A DNA stretch of 64,000 bases from Candidatus Collierbacteria bacterium RIFOXYD2_FULL_45_13 (GTDB taxonomy: Bacteria > Patescibacteriota > Microgenomatia > UBA1400 > MFAQ01). Position 1 is the stretch's first letter. Every line of letters begins with the position of its first letter. The notes below the pieces were generated by a model that was not told where the DNA came from, made no database searches, and was given only the letters and a program-made list of their open reading frames with translations. Of this stretch, positions 27,320-37,569 are shown one piece after another. The stretch lies in NCBI GenBank assembly GCA_001774685.1, contig MFAS01000001.1, forward strand, positions 607,557-671,556. The letters run 5' to 3'. The position numbers and the translations under genes are program-made.

Positions 27320-28407
27320 AAATATTTATAGTCAGAGGGGGGTTTTTGAATCCGTTTGAGTTACAGAATTACGTTCCGTTGAAGAACAAACATGACATCA
27401 AGGCAATATCTTCCAAATACCCCATTTCCGACAAGATAGACCTGCCTTTGATCAAACTTTGGTCACCAACAGATATTCCAAAGATCCCATTCAAATATCC
27501 GATCCTCAATCGTCTTTTCACGGACGCCCACCAGCTTTTCGGACTAGATCAAGTTATTAAGGGGGCGGACATTGTCCACGTTGCCGAGACCTACTATGGC
27601 TACACCAATCAAGCCATCATGGCCAAGAGGAGGGGGCTGGTACGGAAGGTAATCAGTACCGTTTGGGAGATAATTCCTCATAACAATGAAAGTATTCGGG
27701 GAAGAAAACAATTCAAGAAACTTGCCAGAGAAAACATAGATCGCTTTATCGCTGTTACCGAGCTAGCCAAACGAGCTTTAATCAAAGAGGGGGTTAGACC
27801 GGAAAAAATCTCGGTCATCAAAGTAGGCATAGATCTGACCAAGTTTAGGCCAAGGCAGTCTAAAAAGACCAAACGTGACCTTCATATCCTTTGTGTCGCC
27901 AGACTGGTACCGGAAAAAGGCGTCGAAGATTTATTAAATGCTTTTATAGCTCTTTCCAAAAATATTAAAAATGTGCATCTGACATTTGTTGGTGACGGAC
28001 CATTGAAAGCAGATCTTTCCGGATACAAAAACGTCCACGTCAAACGAGTTCCCTATGGCAAAATAGTCGACGCATATCACTCTGCGGACATCCTTTGTCT
28101 CCCCAGTAGACAGACGCGGACTTGGGAAGAGCAGTATGGTATGGTCCTTATTGAAGCCATGGCCTGTGGTTTACCTATCGTAACAACCGCTACCGGAGCC
28201 ATTCAAGAGGTTTGTGACAACGTAGTTCTATATGCCAAACCTTCTGATCCTCACAGTCTTCAAATTAATCTTGAAAAACTTCTCAGAGACAAAAAATTAA
28301 GAGAAAGGTTCGGACACCTGGCACGGCGCAGAGCTTTTCAAAACTTCGACCGACAAAAAATCGCCAAAGCGATTAATGGCGTGTACCAAAGTCTATTAAA
28401 ACATTAG
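27316..28407 (+). CDS. Glycosyltransferase family 4
   Basis: EQYGMVLIEAMACGLPIVTTATGAIQEV. It overlaps the upstream GT4 gene by 4 nt. Confidence 0.8.
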   Translation: MKIFIVRGGFLNPFELQNYVPLKNKHDIKAISSKYPISDKIDLPLIKLWSPTDIPKIPFKYPILNRLFTDAHQLFGLDQVIKGADIVHVAETYYGYTNQAIMAKRRGLVRKVISTVWEIIPHNNESIRGRKQFKKLARENIDRFIAVTELAKRALIKEGVRPEKISVIKVGIDLTKFRPRQSKKTKRDLHILCVARLVPEKGVEDLLNAFIALSKNIKNVHLTFVGDGPLKADLSGYKNVHVKRVPYGKIVDAYHSADILCLPSRQTRTWEEQYGMVLIEAMACGLPIVTTATGAIQEVCDNVVLYAKPSDPHSLQINLEKLLRDKKLRERFGHLARRRAFQNFDRQKIAKAINGVYQSLLKH

Positions 28408-29752
28408 CCCGGACCCTTTTTAGCAGGTGATATAAGTGTCTCAAAATATTTACCGGGTGCTTGATGAAATCAATGTAGTACCTACGTTTTTGTTCAGACT
28501 TAAACATCAGAATCAGATCATACAGTTCTTTCTTCGTTAATGTTTCAGAAAGGATAATGGCTTTTTCATGATTTTCCAAGAACTCCACGTTCAATGTACT
28601 CCAGTCCATCTTTTCACTCACCATACCCCGTTCTTTTGCATACTCCCAGATCGGTGTGCCCGGTAGGGGAGTCAGCACGTAAATTCCAAATCCACGCAAC
28701 TTACTGTCCTTAATAAATTTAAAAGTTTGCATAATTTCCTCACGCGTTTCGTTTGGTGATCCGATGATGAAAGAGGCACTTGGTTCAATGCCATATTTCT
28801 TAAAAACACGAATTGCTCTCATATGGTCTTTGATATTTACGTTTCCGCCTTTGAGATAATCGAGAATTCTGGGAGTGCCCGATTCCAATCCCATCGAAAC
28901 ACCCTTAACGTTTAGCTTCTTAAGTAACTTTGCCATGCTCTCATCAATCAAATTAGAGCGTACAGCGCAGCTGAAAGTAAGCTTTCCCAGCAGTTTCTCT
29001 TTTCGTAGAAGAGAAACAATGTCTTTTATTCTCTGTTTGCTGACTATAAACAGGTCATCCCAAAAATCAATCTCCCGAACGCCATAATTTTCGTATAAAT
29101 TCTTAATCTCGGATACGACATATTTGGCCGAGAAAAATCTCGTTTTGTTCCAAAAGCGTGAGGATGCGCAAAAGACACACCGGTAAGGACACCCTCTTGA
29201 GGAGAACACGTGTGTACATTTTTCGATTTTCATTAGGTCCCTAGCTGGAACAGGAATGGCATCCATGGGCATAATTGGGGAACGGATCTCCGTCTGTACA
29301 ATTTTTTTACCCTCCCAAAAAGCCAACCCCTTAAGTTTCTTCAAGTCGTTTATCTCAAACCTCTTTTTTTGAATAAAGATTTCCATCAGTTCCTTGATTG
29401 CTTCTTCACCCTCGCCAAGTACCGCCACATCCATATCTCTAGTCATGCTCGACGGCAAAACCGTCACATGAGTACCTCCAACCAGTACCGGAATATTATA
29501 TTTTTTAGCCGCTTTGGCATACTTCATGGCGAAGTTAAAGTTTTGAGACACTGAAGTAATTCCGACAATATCCGGTTTGTACGTGCGGATTGCCACAGCC
29601 ACATCCCGATCAATAATTTTAAAGTCGATCAAATTGTTTCCATACTTTTCCCTTAAGGAGCTTACTAGATAGCCAAGACTCAGCGGAGGGAGGGAGGTTT
29701 GTAAAGACTTCGTAATATCAATGGCATTTATTAGCAGAAATTTAACTTTCAT
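28373..29752 (-). CDS. Cobalamin (B12)-binding radical SAM protein (class B rSAM, likely C-methyltransferase or related)
   Basis: An N-terminal B12-binding region (VLVGGTHVTVLP), then SRGCPYRCVFCAS, a CxxxCxxC-type cluster in the B12-rSAM context. Confidence 0.7.
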   Translation of the reverse strand: MKVKFLLINAIDITKSLQTSLPPLSLGYLVSSLREKYGNNLIDFKIIDRDVAVAIRTYKPDIVGITSVSQNFNFAMKYAKAAKKYNIPVLVGGTHVTVLPSSMTRDMDVAVLGEGEEAIKELMEIFIQKKRFEINDLKKLKGLAFWEGKKIVQTEIRSPIMPMDAIPVPARDLMKIEKCTHVFSSRGCPYRCVFCASSRFWNKTRFFSAKYVVSEIKNLYENYGVREIDFWDDLFIVSKQRIKDIVSLLRKEKLLGKLTFSCAVRSNLIDESMAKLLKKLNVKGVSMGLESGTPRILDYLKGGNVNIKDHMRAIRVFKKYGIEPSASFIIGSPNETREEIMQTFKFIKDSKLRGFGIYVLTPLPGTPIWEYAKERGMVSEKMDWSTLNVEFLENHEKAIILSETLTKKELYDLILMFKSEQKRRYYIDFIKHPVNILRHLYHLLKRVRANVLIDFGTRH

Positions 29753-29809
29753 ATTTATCTTCCAATTCTACATCAGCCCTAGGCCAATTAGTCTATAATT
29801 TAGATCGAG

Positions 29810-31117
29810 ATGTCGATCAAAGAAAGTTTAATCAAAAATACGGGATTTAATCTTGCGGGCTATTTTTACCTCCTCATTGCCAGTTTCTTTTCCGTCCCCA
29901 TTCTTCTAAACAATTTAGGGAGAGATGTCTTTGGGGTGTACATATTTCTGATCTCTATTGTCTCTTTGTCGGCAGTATTTGATTTTGGTCTCTCCAACGC
30001 TGTCGTTCGGAAACTTTCCCTCCCTGGTACTACCGGAGAAGAGAGGATCAAAACTTGGAAAACCTCTTTTGCCATCTTTATAACACTGGCTTTGATTCTT
30101 TCGGCAGGCGTTATTGTGTTACTTCAATACCTTTCGCAGGTCATGCCCATCTTCGCCCACCTTGACAGAAATACGATCAACCTATCTATTCTGGTGTTAT
30201 CTGGCATAGCATTTATTAATCACGTCAACATCCACCTACTAAACCTGCCTCAGTCAGAACAGAGATTTGACATATTTAATTCCAAGACGTTGTTGGTCGG
30301 CACGGCCAACACGATCATTTCGGCCACAGTATCCGGCTTCTATCCAAATATTGCCGTTCTATACGCCACCCAACTGCTCTTTCACCTGTTGACACTCGTC
30401 TACATGATTTCTTATTCTCTTAAGTTCTTCCATGGTTCAGACTTTTCTCCCTCTTACGATAGGGTCATCGGAAAAGAACTTTTTTCCTTCGGGCTACGAA
30501 ACTTTATCGGCACTCTTGCCGGTCAGGTAGAAAACCAGTTCAGCAACTTTATTCTCGGTGCCCTAGTCTCCGCCAGGGCAATTACCGCCTTCAGTATTCC
30601 CCAAAGTATCGTTGCCAAGGGGGCAGGGGTCGTTTCTCAGTTTGCCCAGGCCTTTTTTCCTTTAAGCGCATCACTACTCGAAAAAGACCGTATCAAAAAG
30701 CTTAGATCGCTGGTTCTGGGCGTTGAGGGTCTGACGTTAATGGGGGGCATCTTAGCAGTGGTACTTTCACACACCACTGGTCAGCCGTTCCTCATGTGGT
30801 GGCTTAAGGATAGCATTGTTGTTGAAACCGCCTTCCCTGTTTTGAAAATACTGAGTTTCTATTTTTTACTGGTCTCACTTACTCCTGTTCCTACTGCCCT
30901 TCTTCAAGGCCTCAACAAACCCCAAATTCCTTCCTTTTTTGGCGTCTTGACGGTAACGGTTGAAATAGCTCTTTCCCTATTTCTGGTTCCCCTTTATGGG
31001 GCGGTCGGGGTAGCATATTCTTTCCTTCTTAGCGTCTGTGTCACCGTGCCCACCATCCTGATAGTTACTTGGGTTCAGCTCGACCGGGAGATTAGGAAAC
31101 TTGCTTTGTTACAGTAA
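29810..31117 (+). CDS. Polysaccharide biosynthesis protein / Wzx-like flippase (MOP superfamily)
   Basis: About 12 TM helices, and its context in the glycan locus. Confidence 0.5.
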   Translation: MSIKESLIKNTGFNLAGYFYLLIASFFSVPILLNNLGRDVFGVYIFLISIVSLSAVFDFGLSNAVVRKLSLPGTTGEERIKTWKTSFAIFITLALILSAGVIVLLQYLSQVMPIFAHLDRNTINLSILVLSGIAFINHVNIHLLNLPQSEQRFDIFNSKTLLVGTANTIISATVSGFYPNIAVLYATQLLFHLLTLVYMISYSLKFFHGSDFSPSYDRVIGKELFSFGLRNFIGTLAGQVENQFSNFILGALVSARAITAFSIPQSIVAKGAGVVSQFAQAFFPLSASLLEKDRIKKLRSLVLGVEGLTLMGGILAVVLSHTTGQPFLMWWLKDSIVVETAFPVLKILSFYFLLVSLTPVPTALLQGLNKPQIPSFFGVLTVTVEIALSLFLVPLYGAVGVAYSFLLSVCVTVPTILIVTWVQLDREIRKLALLQ

Positions 31118-31763
31118 TATATTGAAAGGCAAACAATGAGGGGAATTTCTTTACGATACCATATTGCCACGATTCAGGTAGTCTATCGGTGATTTTGTAT
31201 AGAAAAGGTACTTTGCACATGCCGTTTGTCGGAATAACCCTCATTTTTTTATAGCCGCATTTTTTGAGTAGTTTACCAATACTGTCTATTGTGTAAAATC
31301 TTACGTGAGTGTTGTCCAAAATCCCTGTAGTCGAGTACTCAAATCGTCCCAGGAGAAGCATCCAGCGGATTGACGCGTGTGCAATATTTGGAATGGAAAC
31401 GATTACTTTTCCGTCGGACTTCAAATGTTTCTTGATTATTGACAGAACGTTTTCCGGGTGAAGCAAATGCTCGATGACATCCAAAACAATTACATAATCA
31501 AAGTACTTCATTGGTACAGACAGACCCCTTGTTTCGTCCAGGTTGCAGACCACCACCTTCTTACAATACTTTGCCGCCTTCTTGGCCGCTTTTGCATCGT
31601 AATCCACCCCCCAAGTTTCACATTTTCTCTTAGACAGTTCCTTGGCAAAATAGCCCGTTGCGCACCCAATATCGAGAACTTTGCTGTTTTCCCTGATTAG
31701 GTCAAATGCCAATCTATGAACCTCGTACTTGTTATTGTTAAACTCATCATAGCGGTATTGCAT
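31092..31763 (-). CDS. Class I SAM-dependent methyltransferase
   Basis: Motif I VLDIGCATGYFA and motif II VIVLDVIEH. Confidence 0.75.
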   Translation of the reverse strand: MQYRYDEFNNNKYEVHRLAFDLIRENSKVLDIGCATGYFAKELSKRKCETWGVDYDAKAAKKAAKYCKKVVVCNLDETRGLSVPMKYFDYVIVLDVIEHLLHPENVLSIIKKHLKSDGKVIVSIPNIAHASIRWMLLLGRFEYSTTGILDNTHVRFYTIDSIGKLLKKCGYKKMRVIPTNGMCKVPFLYKITDRLPESWQYGIVKKFPSLFAFQYITVTKQVS

Positions 31764-31772
31764 GATTATGAT

Positions 31773-32465
31773 TTAGAAAAACTCAATTTCCTGTCTAAAG
31801 TGGAACTCAGCCACAGCTCTCTTAATAAGTCTGAAAAAATCCTGAAGACGATGGGTGTATGGTTTGTGAACAGATATTTTCGCAACGTTTTTCTTAAGAG
31901 ATAATTTAATTTTCTTTAAGAGCTTCTCATTATTCTTCTTCATCCCCACCAGAATGATATGCTGAGGATTAAGCCTCACTTCATCGTCAAAAGGGGGAGA
32001 TATCGCAACAGTCAATTTACCCTCCAAGTTCTGAAAAAGGATACCTAGCCCATAGGGTGTGTATCGAAAATAGTCGGACGGATGTTTATGGATCGGAAAA
32101 TTTTGTTGACTGGATACTATGGCCACTCCTTTTGGTTTTAATACTCTCTCAATCTCGGCGGCCACCAGCCAGGGTTTGTCGGCATGTTCCAAGGTTTCCA
32201 AACAAAGAACCAGGTCGAAGTGGTTATCGGGAAACGGCAACTTGTTTGCACTGGCTACCACGTCGACACCGGGACCTTCTTGCATATCCAGTCCAATAAA
32301 CGTCCCAGAATGAAACAGCTCTCTTACGTCAGCTAAATCATTTTGGTTTACTGCCTGCCTGGAACCTATCTCCAGGATCTGCTTTGGATTATCGACATTG
32401 GTACTGATTATCTCAACTGCTGCTCGAAGTGGCTTGGTCATTGGGTTAGAATATAGCAGATGCAA
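31773..32465 (-). CDS. Class I SAM-dependent methyltransferase-like protein
   Basis: ILEIGS (motif I-like) and DLVLCLETLEHADKP (post-II). Confidence 0.55.
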   Translation of the reverse strand: MHLLYSNPMTKPLRAAVEIISTNVDNPKQILEIGSRQAVNQNDLADVRELFHSGTFIGLDMQEGPGVDVVASANKLPFPDNHFDLVLCLETLEHADKPWLVAAEIERVLKPKGVAIVSSQQNFPIHKHPSDYFRYTPYGLGILFQNLEGKLTVAISPPFDDEVRLNPQHIILVGMKKNNEKLLKKIKLSLKKNVAKISVHKPYTHRLQDFFRLIKRAVAEFHFRQEIEFF

Positions 32466-33290
32466 GAAAAATTATCAGCCGTCATCCTTAACTACAAACA
32501 CCCTGAGGACACGATCAGCTGCCTCCGTGCTCTTAAAAAAAGCGAAGATGGAGATCGAGCAGTTTATTATATAGTCGATAATTCTCCGGATCCCAAGGTA
32601 GAAGAAAGGTTTAAGAAACTATTCCCAAAAATCCACTATATTGGCTCACCAACCAATCCCGGATTTGCGGCAGGCAACAATCTAGCCATCCGCCAAGCCT
32701 TAAAAGCAGGATCAAGTCACGTCCTGATTATCAATCCGGACGCCACCGTGGGACACTCTTTTTTCCGCCCGCTCCTGACACATTTTTCTGACAAAAAAGT
32801 TGGCATAGTGGCACCTGTTATCTATCACGAACAAAAACGCCGGAAGATTTATGGTTTGGAGGGTAAGGTTGATTGGAAGTATGCAAAACCGGAACACCGG
32901 AATTTATCCGACGTCCACGAATTAGGACCCATTATTTCCGAGTTTGTCACTTTTGCTTGTGTTCTTATCAGTGCCGACACCTTTAAGCAGGCCGGTCTAT
33001 TGGACGAGGAGTACTTCATGTATTTTGAAGATGTGGATTACTGTCTGTCGGCTGGACGTGTGGGTAAAAAAATTATTCTTGATCCCTCGGTTGTAGTTTT
33101 CCACAATACCTCATCTTCCTTTAAGAGACCGACACAGAAACTTTTAATCAGCTTCAAAAGCCATCTTCGATTTATCACCAAATGGCTTCCACCGACGAAA
33201 CGTCTGGTTCCATACATTTACGCCTTCACTCTCTATCCATATCTTTTCCTGCTTTGGACTTATCAGGGATTTAAATATGCAAAACACTGA
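32460..33290 (+). CDS. Glycosyltransferase family 2
   Basis: VILNYKHPEDTISCL, YYIVDNSPDP, the DxD-type motif INPDA, and NPGFAAGNN. Confidence 0.75.
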   Translation: MQEKLSAVILNYKHPEDTISCLRALKKSEDGDRAVYYIVDNSPDPKVEERFKKLFPKIHYIGSPTNPGFAAGNNLAIRQALKAGSSHVLIINPDATVGHSFFRPLLTHFSDKKVGIVAPVIYHEQKRRKIYGLEGKVDWKYAKPEHRNLSDVHELGPIISEFVTFACVLISADTFKQAGLLDEEYFMYFEDVDYCLSAGRVGKKIILDPSVVVFHNTSSSFKRPTQKLLISFKSHLRFITKWLPPTKRLVPYIYAFTLYPYLFLLWTYQGFKYAKH

Positions 33291-34416
33291 TAACGGTCGG
33301 CTAACCAAACTGGACGGTCTACGCGGTATTCTCTCGCTGATAGTGGCCCTGAACCATTCTTTCTTGGTGGTTGCGATACCAGCCTACGCCAACGTTTGGG
33401 GCCAAAATTATCTGACCTTTACCAATCTTCAGGCCAAACTCCAGCAGCTTTTTATGCTAATCGGCAATGGTGGAGCCGCCGTGACTATGTTTTTTATTCT
33501 TTCCGGTCTGGTACTGGGCCAGTCAATGAGCAGGGTCAACCTTACGGTCCGGGGGTTCTTGGGTTTCTACCTTAAGCGTCTCCTGAGACTGTACCCAGTC
33601 TATGTAGTCGTAATTTTGATTACCGCAATTTATATGAGAACCGGATTCCAGTATCAAACGTTTCCTTTTGCTTCCGCTTGGTATCTTTGGTGGATGAATT
33701 TCCAAATGACGGTTAAGGAGTTTCTTTATAATTTGTTCTTTATTCATACATATCTTGGAGGTGTGACTTGGACACTTAGAGTGATTTTGATTGCCTCTTT
33801 TGTTATGCCCGCTCTTTATCAATTGTCCAAGACAACGAGCCGTTTAACCAACCTGATACTTTCGCTATTGTTGGTCCTTGCGAGTTTTGCGATATTTAAT
33901 ATTAGCGGTTTCAGAGATTTACGCTACTTGTACATGTTTTATCTTGGTTTGATCCTTCCCAGGTATAAAGGTTTTTTTACGGCCATTCCGGGCTGGTTAA
34001 TTCATTCTTCTGCTCCCTTCGTTTTGATTTCGCTTCTGTCCGTTCGACATGTCACCGACGAATACTTAGGTGGTCTGATCGAAAGTGTCGTCGCGTGGTT
34101 TGCCATAGGAACCATCGTATTCGGCATCCAAACCAAGATGTTTGATTTCTTTAACAACAAAGTCCTCCTATTTTTCGGAAGGATTTCCTATAGCCTCTAT
34201 TTGGTTCATTTTACCGTCCTTTATATCTTAGCCAGGGTGATGTTCAATGTGTATCCAAACCTCCCATACGGCAGTGCCTACTTCATAATTCATGTTTCCC
34301 TGTTTATTCTGTCTTTGTCTATAGCCACCCTGATTTCCCTCTTGGTTTATCGTTATGTTGAGATACCTTCTTCACAAGTGGGCAGTGCCCTTAACAAAAA
34401 AATACAGCAATTATGA
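33277..34416 (+). CDS. Acyltransferase family 3 (membrane O-acyltransferase)
   Basis: LDGLRGILSLIVALNH plus ten TM helices. Confidence 0.7.
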   Translation: MQNTDNGRLTKLDGLRGILSLIVALNHSFLVVAIPAYANVWGQNYLTFTNLQAKLQQLFMLIGNGGAAVTMFFILSGLVLGQSMSRVNLTVRGFLGFYLKRLLRLYPVYVVVILITAIYMRTGFQYQTFPFASAWYLWWMNFQMTVKEFLYNLFFIHTYLGGVTWTLRVILIASFVMPALYQLSKTTSRLTNLILSLLLVLASFAIFNISGFRDLRYLYMFYLGLILPRYKGFFTAIPGWLIHSSAPFVLISLLSVRHVTDEYLGGLIESVVAWFAIGTIVFGIQTKMFDFFNNKVLLFFGRISYSLYLVHFTVLYILARVMFNVYPNLPYGSAYFIIHVSLFILSLSIATLISLLVYRYVEIPSSQVGSALNKKIQQL

Positions 34417-35177
34417 AAATTTCCGCCATTGTCTTGACAAAAAAACCCGAACTGAGCCAGTTATTATTGGACTCACTTTCATTTGCCGGCGAAATCCTGA
34501 TAATTGTCGACTTAGCCCCACCAACTCAACTCCGTCATTACGAATCTCGTACTCGAGCTGTGGCAATCTCATCCCACCAAAAAACAAAAATCTTCTACCA
34601 TCCCCTCAATAACGATTTTGCCTCGCAAAGAAATTTTGGACTTCAAAAGGCCAAAGGTGACTGCGTCCTTTTTGTCGATGATGACGAGTATGTTGGCACA
34701 GAGCTCGCCCTGGAGATTAAAGAGACCATTCGGAGGAAGCAATACTCCGGGTACTTTATCAGACGTCAAGATGTCGTGTATCGCCAGCCACTCCTCCACG
34801 GAGAAACCGGTAACCTAAAACTTCTTCGTCTCGCCAGAAGAAAGTCGGGGACGTTTGTCAGACCGGTACACGAGTTTTGGAAAGTGCGCGGCAGGGTAGG
34901 GGAACTCTCTTCTCCGCTTTACCATATTAAAGACCAATTTGTATCCGAGTTTATTTCTCGTCTCGACCGATACGGCCGAATCGACTCAAAAATTCTTGAG
35001 CTCGAGGGGAAACCTTTTTCCTGGTTCCGTTTACTGGTGTATCCTATGGCAAAATTCAAACTAAATTACTATCTTCGTGCAGGTTTTCTCGATGGCTTGG
35101 CCGGTTTATTTCTTGCCTATTTGATGGCGGTTCAATCACTATCTATTCGGGTTTTTCAATGGGAAAACAAAAACTAG
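34413..35177 (+). CDS. Glycosyltransferase family 2-like protein
   Basis: VLFVDDDEYV (DxD) and the surrounding GT-A-like region. Confidence 0.55.
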   Translation: MKISAIVLTKKPELSQLLLDSLSFAGEILIIVDLAPPTQLRHYESRTRAVAISSHQKTKIFYHPLNNDFASQRNFGLQKAKGDCVLFVDDDEYVGTELALEIKETIRRKQYSGYFIRRQDVVYRQPLLHGETGNLKLLRLARRKSGTFVRPVHEFWKVRGRVGELSSPLYHIKDQFVSEFISRLDRYGRIDSKILELEGKPFSWFRLLVYPMAKFKLNYYLRAGFLDGLAGLFLAYLMAVQSLSIRVFQWENKN

Positions 35178-36490
35178 TCATTATTCTCATATCCATACCG
35201 CTTGTAGCTCTGGTTGTTCTAAACTTCCTGTTGGTTTTTACGCCGGAAATGGGTTTTGACGCTCTTTGGTATCACTTAACGCTTCCCAAACTCTGGCTTC
35301 TTAAGCATCAATGGTACTTCCCCGGTGGGCTATTATATTACTCGGTTATGCCCCGGCTAGCCGAGACGCTATATATCCCCCTGCTTCAACTGTTTGGTAC
35401 TTCCGGCCCTAAGATGGCCCAATATCTAGCCGGATTAGGGTCGGGAGTTTTCATTTGGAAGGTCTTGTCAGAAAACAAAATACCCAAAGCCATGAAACTG
35501 GCCGGTGTCTCTCTTTTTTACTGCACCTGGTTGGTTGGTTGGCAGTCGGGAAGTGCCTATGTTGACTTAATCAGAACCTTTTTTGAAGTAGCCGCACTTT
35601 ACTACAGCCTTCGAGGTTCGTGGAAAATCGGTGGTTTATTTTTAGGTCTGGCGATTGGCACCAAGTGGTTTTCACTAGGATCATTGGCGATCTTTTCACT
35701 TGTTTTTGGACCTCAGATTATTTTTCCCGCACTTCTGGTCTCCCTTCCGTGGTTTCTCATCGCCTATCATTTCACCGGAAATCCCATCTACCCAATTTTC
35801 AGTGGCGTTATCGAAAATTCGTTTGCTGGGTTTGGTGATGCTGTAAAGCACCTATTGTTGGCACCTTTCTATCTTACCCACCCCTTCGACGATTTTATTT
35901 CTCCTGTCGTGGGGGTGATTTTTGTACTCGCCATCCTTTCGTTAAAAAGCAGACAGAAACCTTTCCGCCAAATCGCTTTGGTGGGTCTTTTGGGAACCAT
36001 TTTGACTTTAGTGATAAATCCACCCTCCACTCGCTTCTTTCTACCATACCTGCCCAGCCTAGCTGTAGCAGCCATAATATTCATTCGATCCCTTCGTCGA
36101 TCGTTGTGGAAAAAGTTATTTTTGTACTCCGTGGTTCTTTCCGGTTTCTTTGTTTTGTCAATCAGATTGATTGCCATGTCGAAATACGTGCCCATTCTCA
36201 TCGGATCTATGGACTGGAAAACTTTCCTGGTCAGCCACTACTCTCGTTTACCTGGAACATTCATAGATTCTGACGGTTATGTGGCGAAACTTCCTGAAGG
36301 CAGTAAGATATTGGTAGACAAGCTTCATAATTTGTATTATTTTCCCCGAGATTTTGACCATACCTCTTGGGTTTCAAACGCATCTGGGTATGATTATCTG
36401 GTGACGTTGGGGGCTGATCCAAGTAGAATATCCGGCCAACTAATCCACCAAAATGAATTACAAATACAGACATTCAAATTGAACAAATGA
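35159..36490 (+). CDS. Polytopic membrane protein, putative GT-C glycosyltransferase
   Basis: About 12 TM helices, and its place in the glycan locus operon. Confidence 0.45.
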   Translation: MGKQKLVIILISIPLVALVVLNFLLVFTPEMGFDALWYHLTLPKLWLLKHQWYFPGGLLYYSVMPRLAETLYIPLLQLFGTSGPKMAQYLAGLGSGVFIWKVLSENKIPKAMKLAGVSLFYCTWLVGWQSGSAYVDLIRTFFEVAALYYSLRGSWKIGGLFLGLAIGTKWFSLGSLAIFSLVFGPQIIFPALLVSLPWFLIAYHFTGNPIYPIFSGVIENSFAGFGDAVKHLLLAPFYLTHPFDDFISPVVGVIFVLAILSLKSRQKPFRQIALVGLLGTILTLVINPPSTRFFLPYLPSLAVAAIIFIRSLRRSLWKKLFLYSVVLSGFFVLSIRLIAMSKYVPILIGSMDWKTFLVSHYSRLPGTFIDSDGYVAKLPEGSKILVDKLHNLYYFPRDFDHTSWVSNASGYDYLVTLGADPSRISGQLIHQNELQIQTFKLNK

Positions 36491-37569
36491 CCTATTTTCT
36501 ACTTATTCTTAGTCTTTTTGCCTGGCCTTTCGGTCAACTACTGGCCTTTTCGGTTCCGGGATTTTCTATAAACATATATTTGCTGGATCTACTGGTTGGT
36601 CTGCTTACTATATCTCTAGTGTTAAGCCCGTTGGCTTGGAAGAAAGTCGCTTCTGATACATTGTTTAGACCGTTAATGTACTTTAACCTGATTGCCGGCT
36701 TGTCTCTGCTGGTGAACCTGCAGACATTAATTACCAGTGCCACCGCCCATTCAATTCTGTATCTTGCCCGTCTCTTTGCATACCCTTCGGTTTACTTCGC
36801 CGCCAAACTTTTTCCTCCCAAAAAAACCATTAGCCCAGTAATTTTTTCATTTATTCTCTTCTGTATTCTAGGCGTCCTCCAGTATCTGCGTTTCCCCGAC
36901 ATGAGATATCTGAAGTTAGTTGGTTTTGACGATCACTACTTTCGCCTGATCGGCTCACTCTACGATCCTAACTTTACCGGTGCCATTTTGGCCGCAGCCT
37001 CCTTATTCTTTATCGCCTTGAGTAATTGGGCCGCGAGTCTTCCTTTGATAGTTCTGCTCGCCTTAACTTTTTCAAGGGCCTCTTATCTCAGTTTTGCCTT
37101 GGGCATGGTTTATCTGCTGGTAAAAGACAAGAAGTACCCGCTGATTCTTTTTCTGGTTGGTCTGACCATCTTGGTTTGGCTGATACCCAAACCATTCGGT
37201 GAAGGGGTAAACTTATTTCGAACCTTCTCTATTTTCTCACGCCTCGACAGCTGGGAGTCCGGGATGAGTTTGTTTGTACAAAAACCTCTGTTTGGCTGGG
37301 GTTACAACACTCTTCGCGATCTTACCGGTTCGAGATTTCAGATTGACAATAGTTATCTTTATGTGGCCGTTACCACAGGATTACTTGGATTGGTTTTCTA
37401 CATCAGATTATTAATGAAATGTCTTCGAGGACTACTGTTGCCCAAAAAAGTTTTTCTCTATGTCTTGTTTATTCATAGTCTGTTTAACAACAGCCTTTTT
37501 TTTATCTGGATAAACTTTGCTTTCTGGATCGTTCTAGCCCTTCCGGTTAGGGAGTATAAAGAAGATTGA
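36487..37569 (+). CDS. O-antigen ligase/polymerase-like (Wzy_C-type) membrane protein
   Basis: Multi-TM protein with a central loop region and RASYLSFALG. The assignment rests on architecture only. Confidence 0.4.
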   Translation: MTYFLLILSLFAWPFGQLLAFSVPGFSINIYLLDLLVGLLTISLVLSPLAWKKVASDTLFRPLMYFNLIAGLSLLVNLQTLITSATAHSILYLARLFAYPSVYFAAKLFPPKKTISPVIFSFILFCILGVLQYLRFPDMRYLKLVGFDDHYFRLIGSLYDPNFTGAILAAASLFFIALSNWAASLPLIVLLALTFSRASYLSFALGMVYLLVKDKKYPLILFLVGLTILVWLIPKPFGEGVNLFRTFSIFSRLDSWESGMSLFVQKPLFGWGYNTLRDLTGSRFQIDNSYLYVAVTTGLLGLVFYIRLLMKCLRGLLLPKKVFLYVLFIHSLFNNSLFFIWINFAFWIVLALPVREYKED

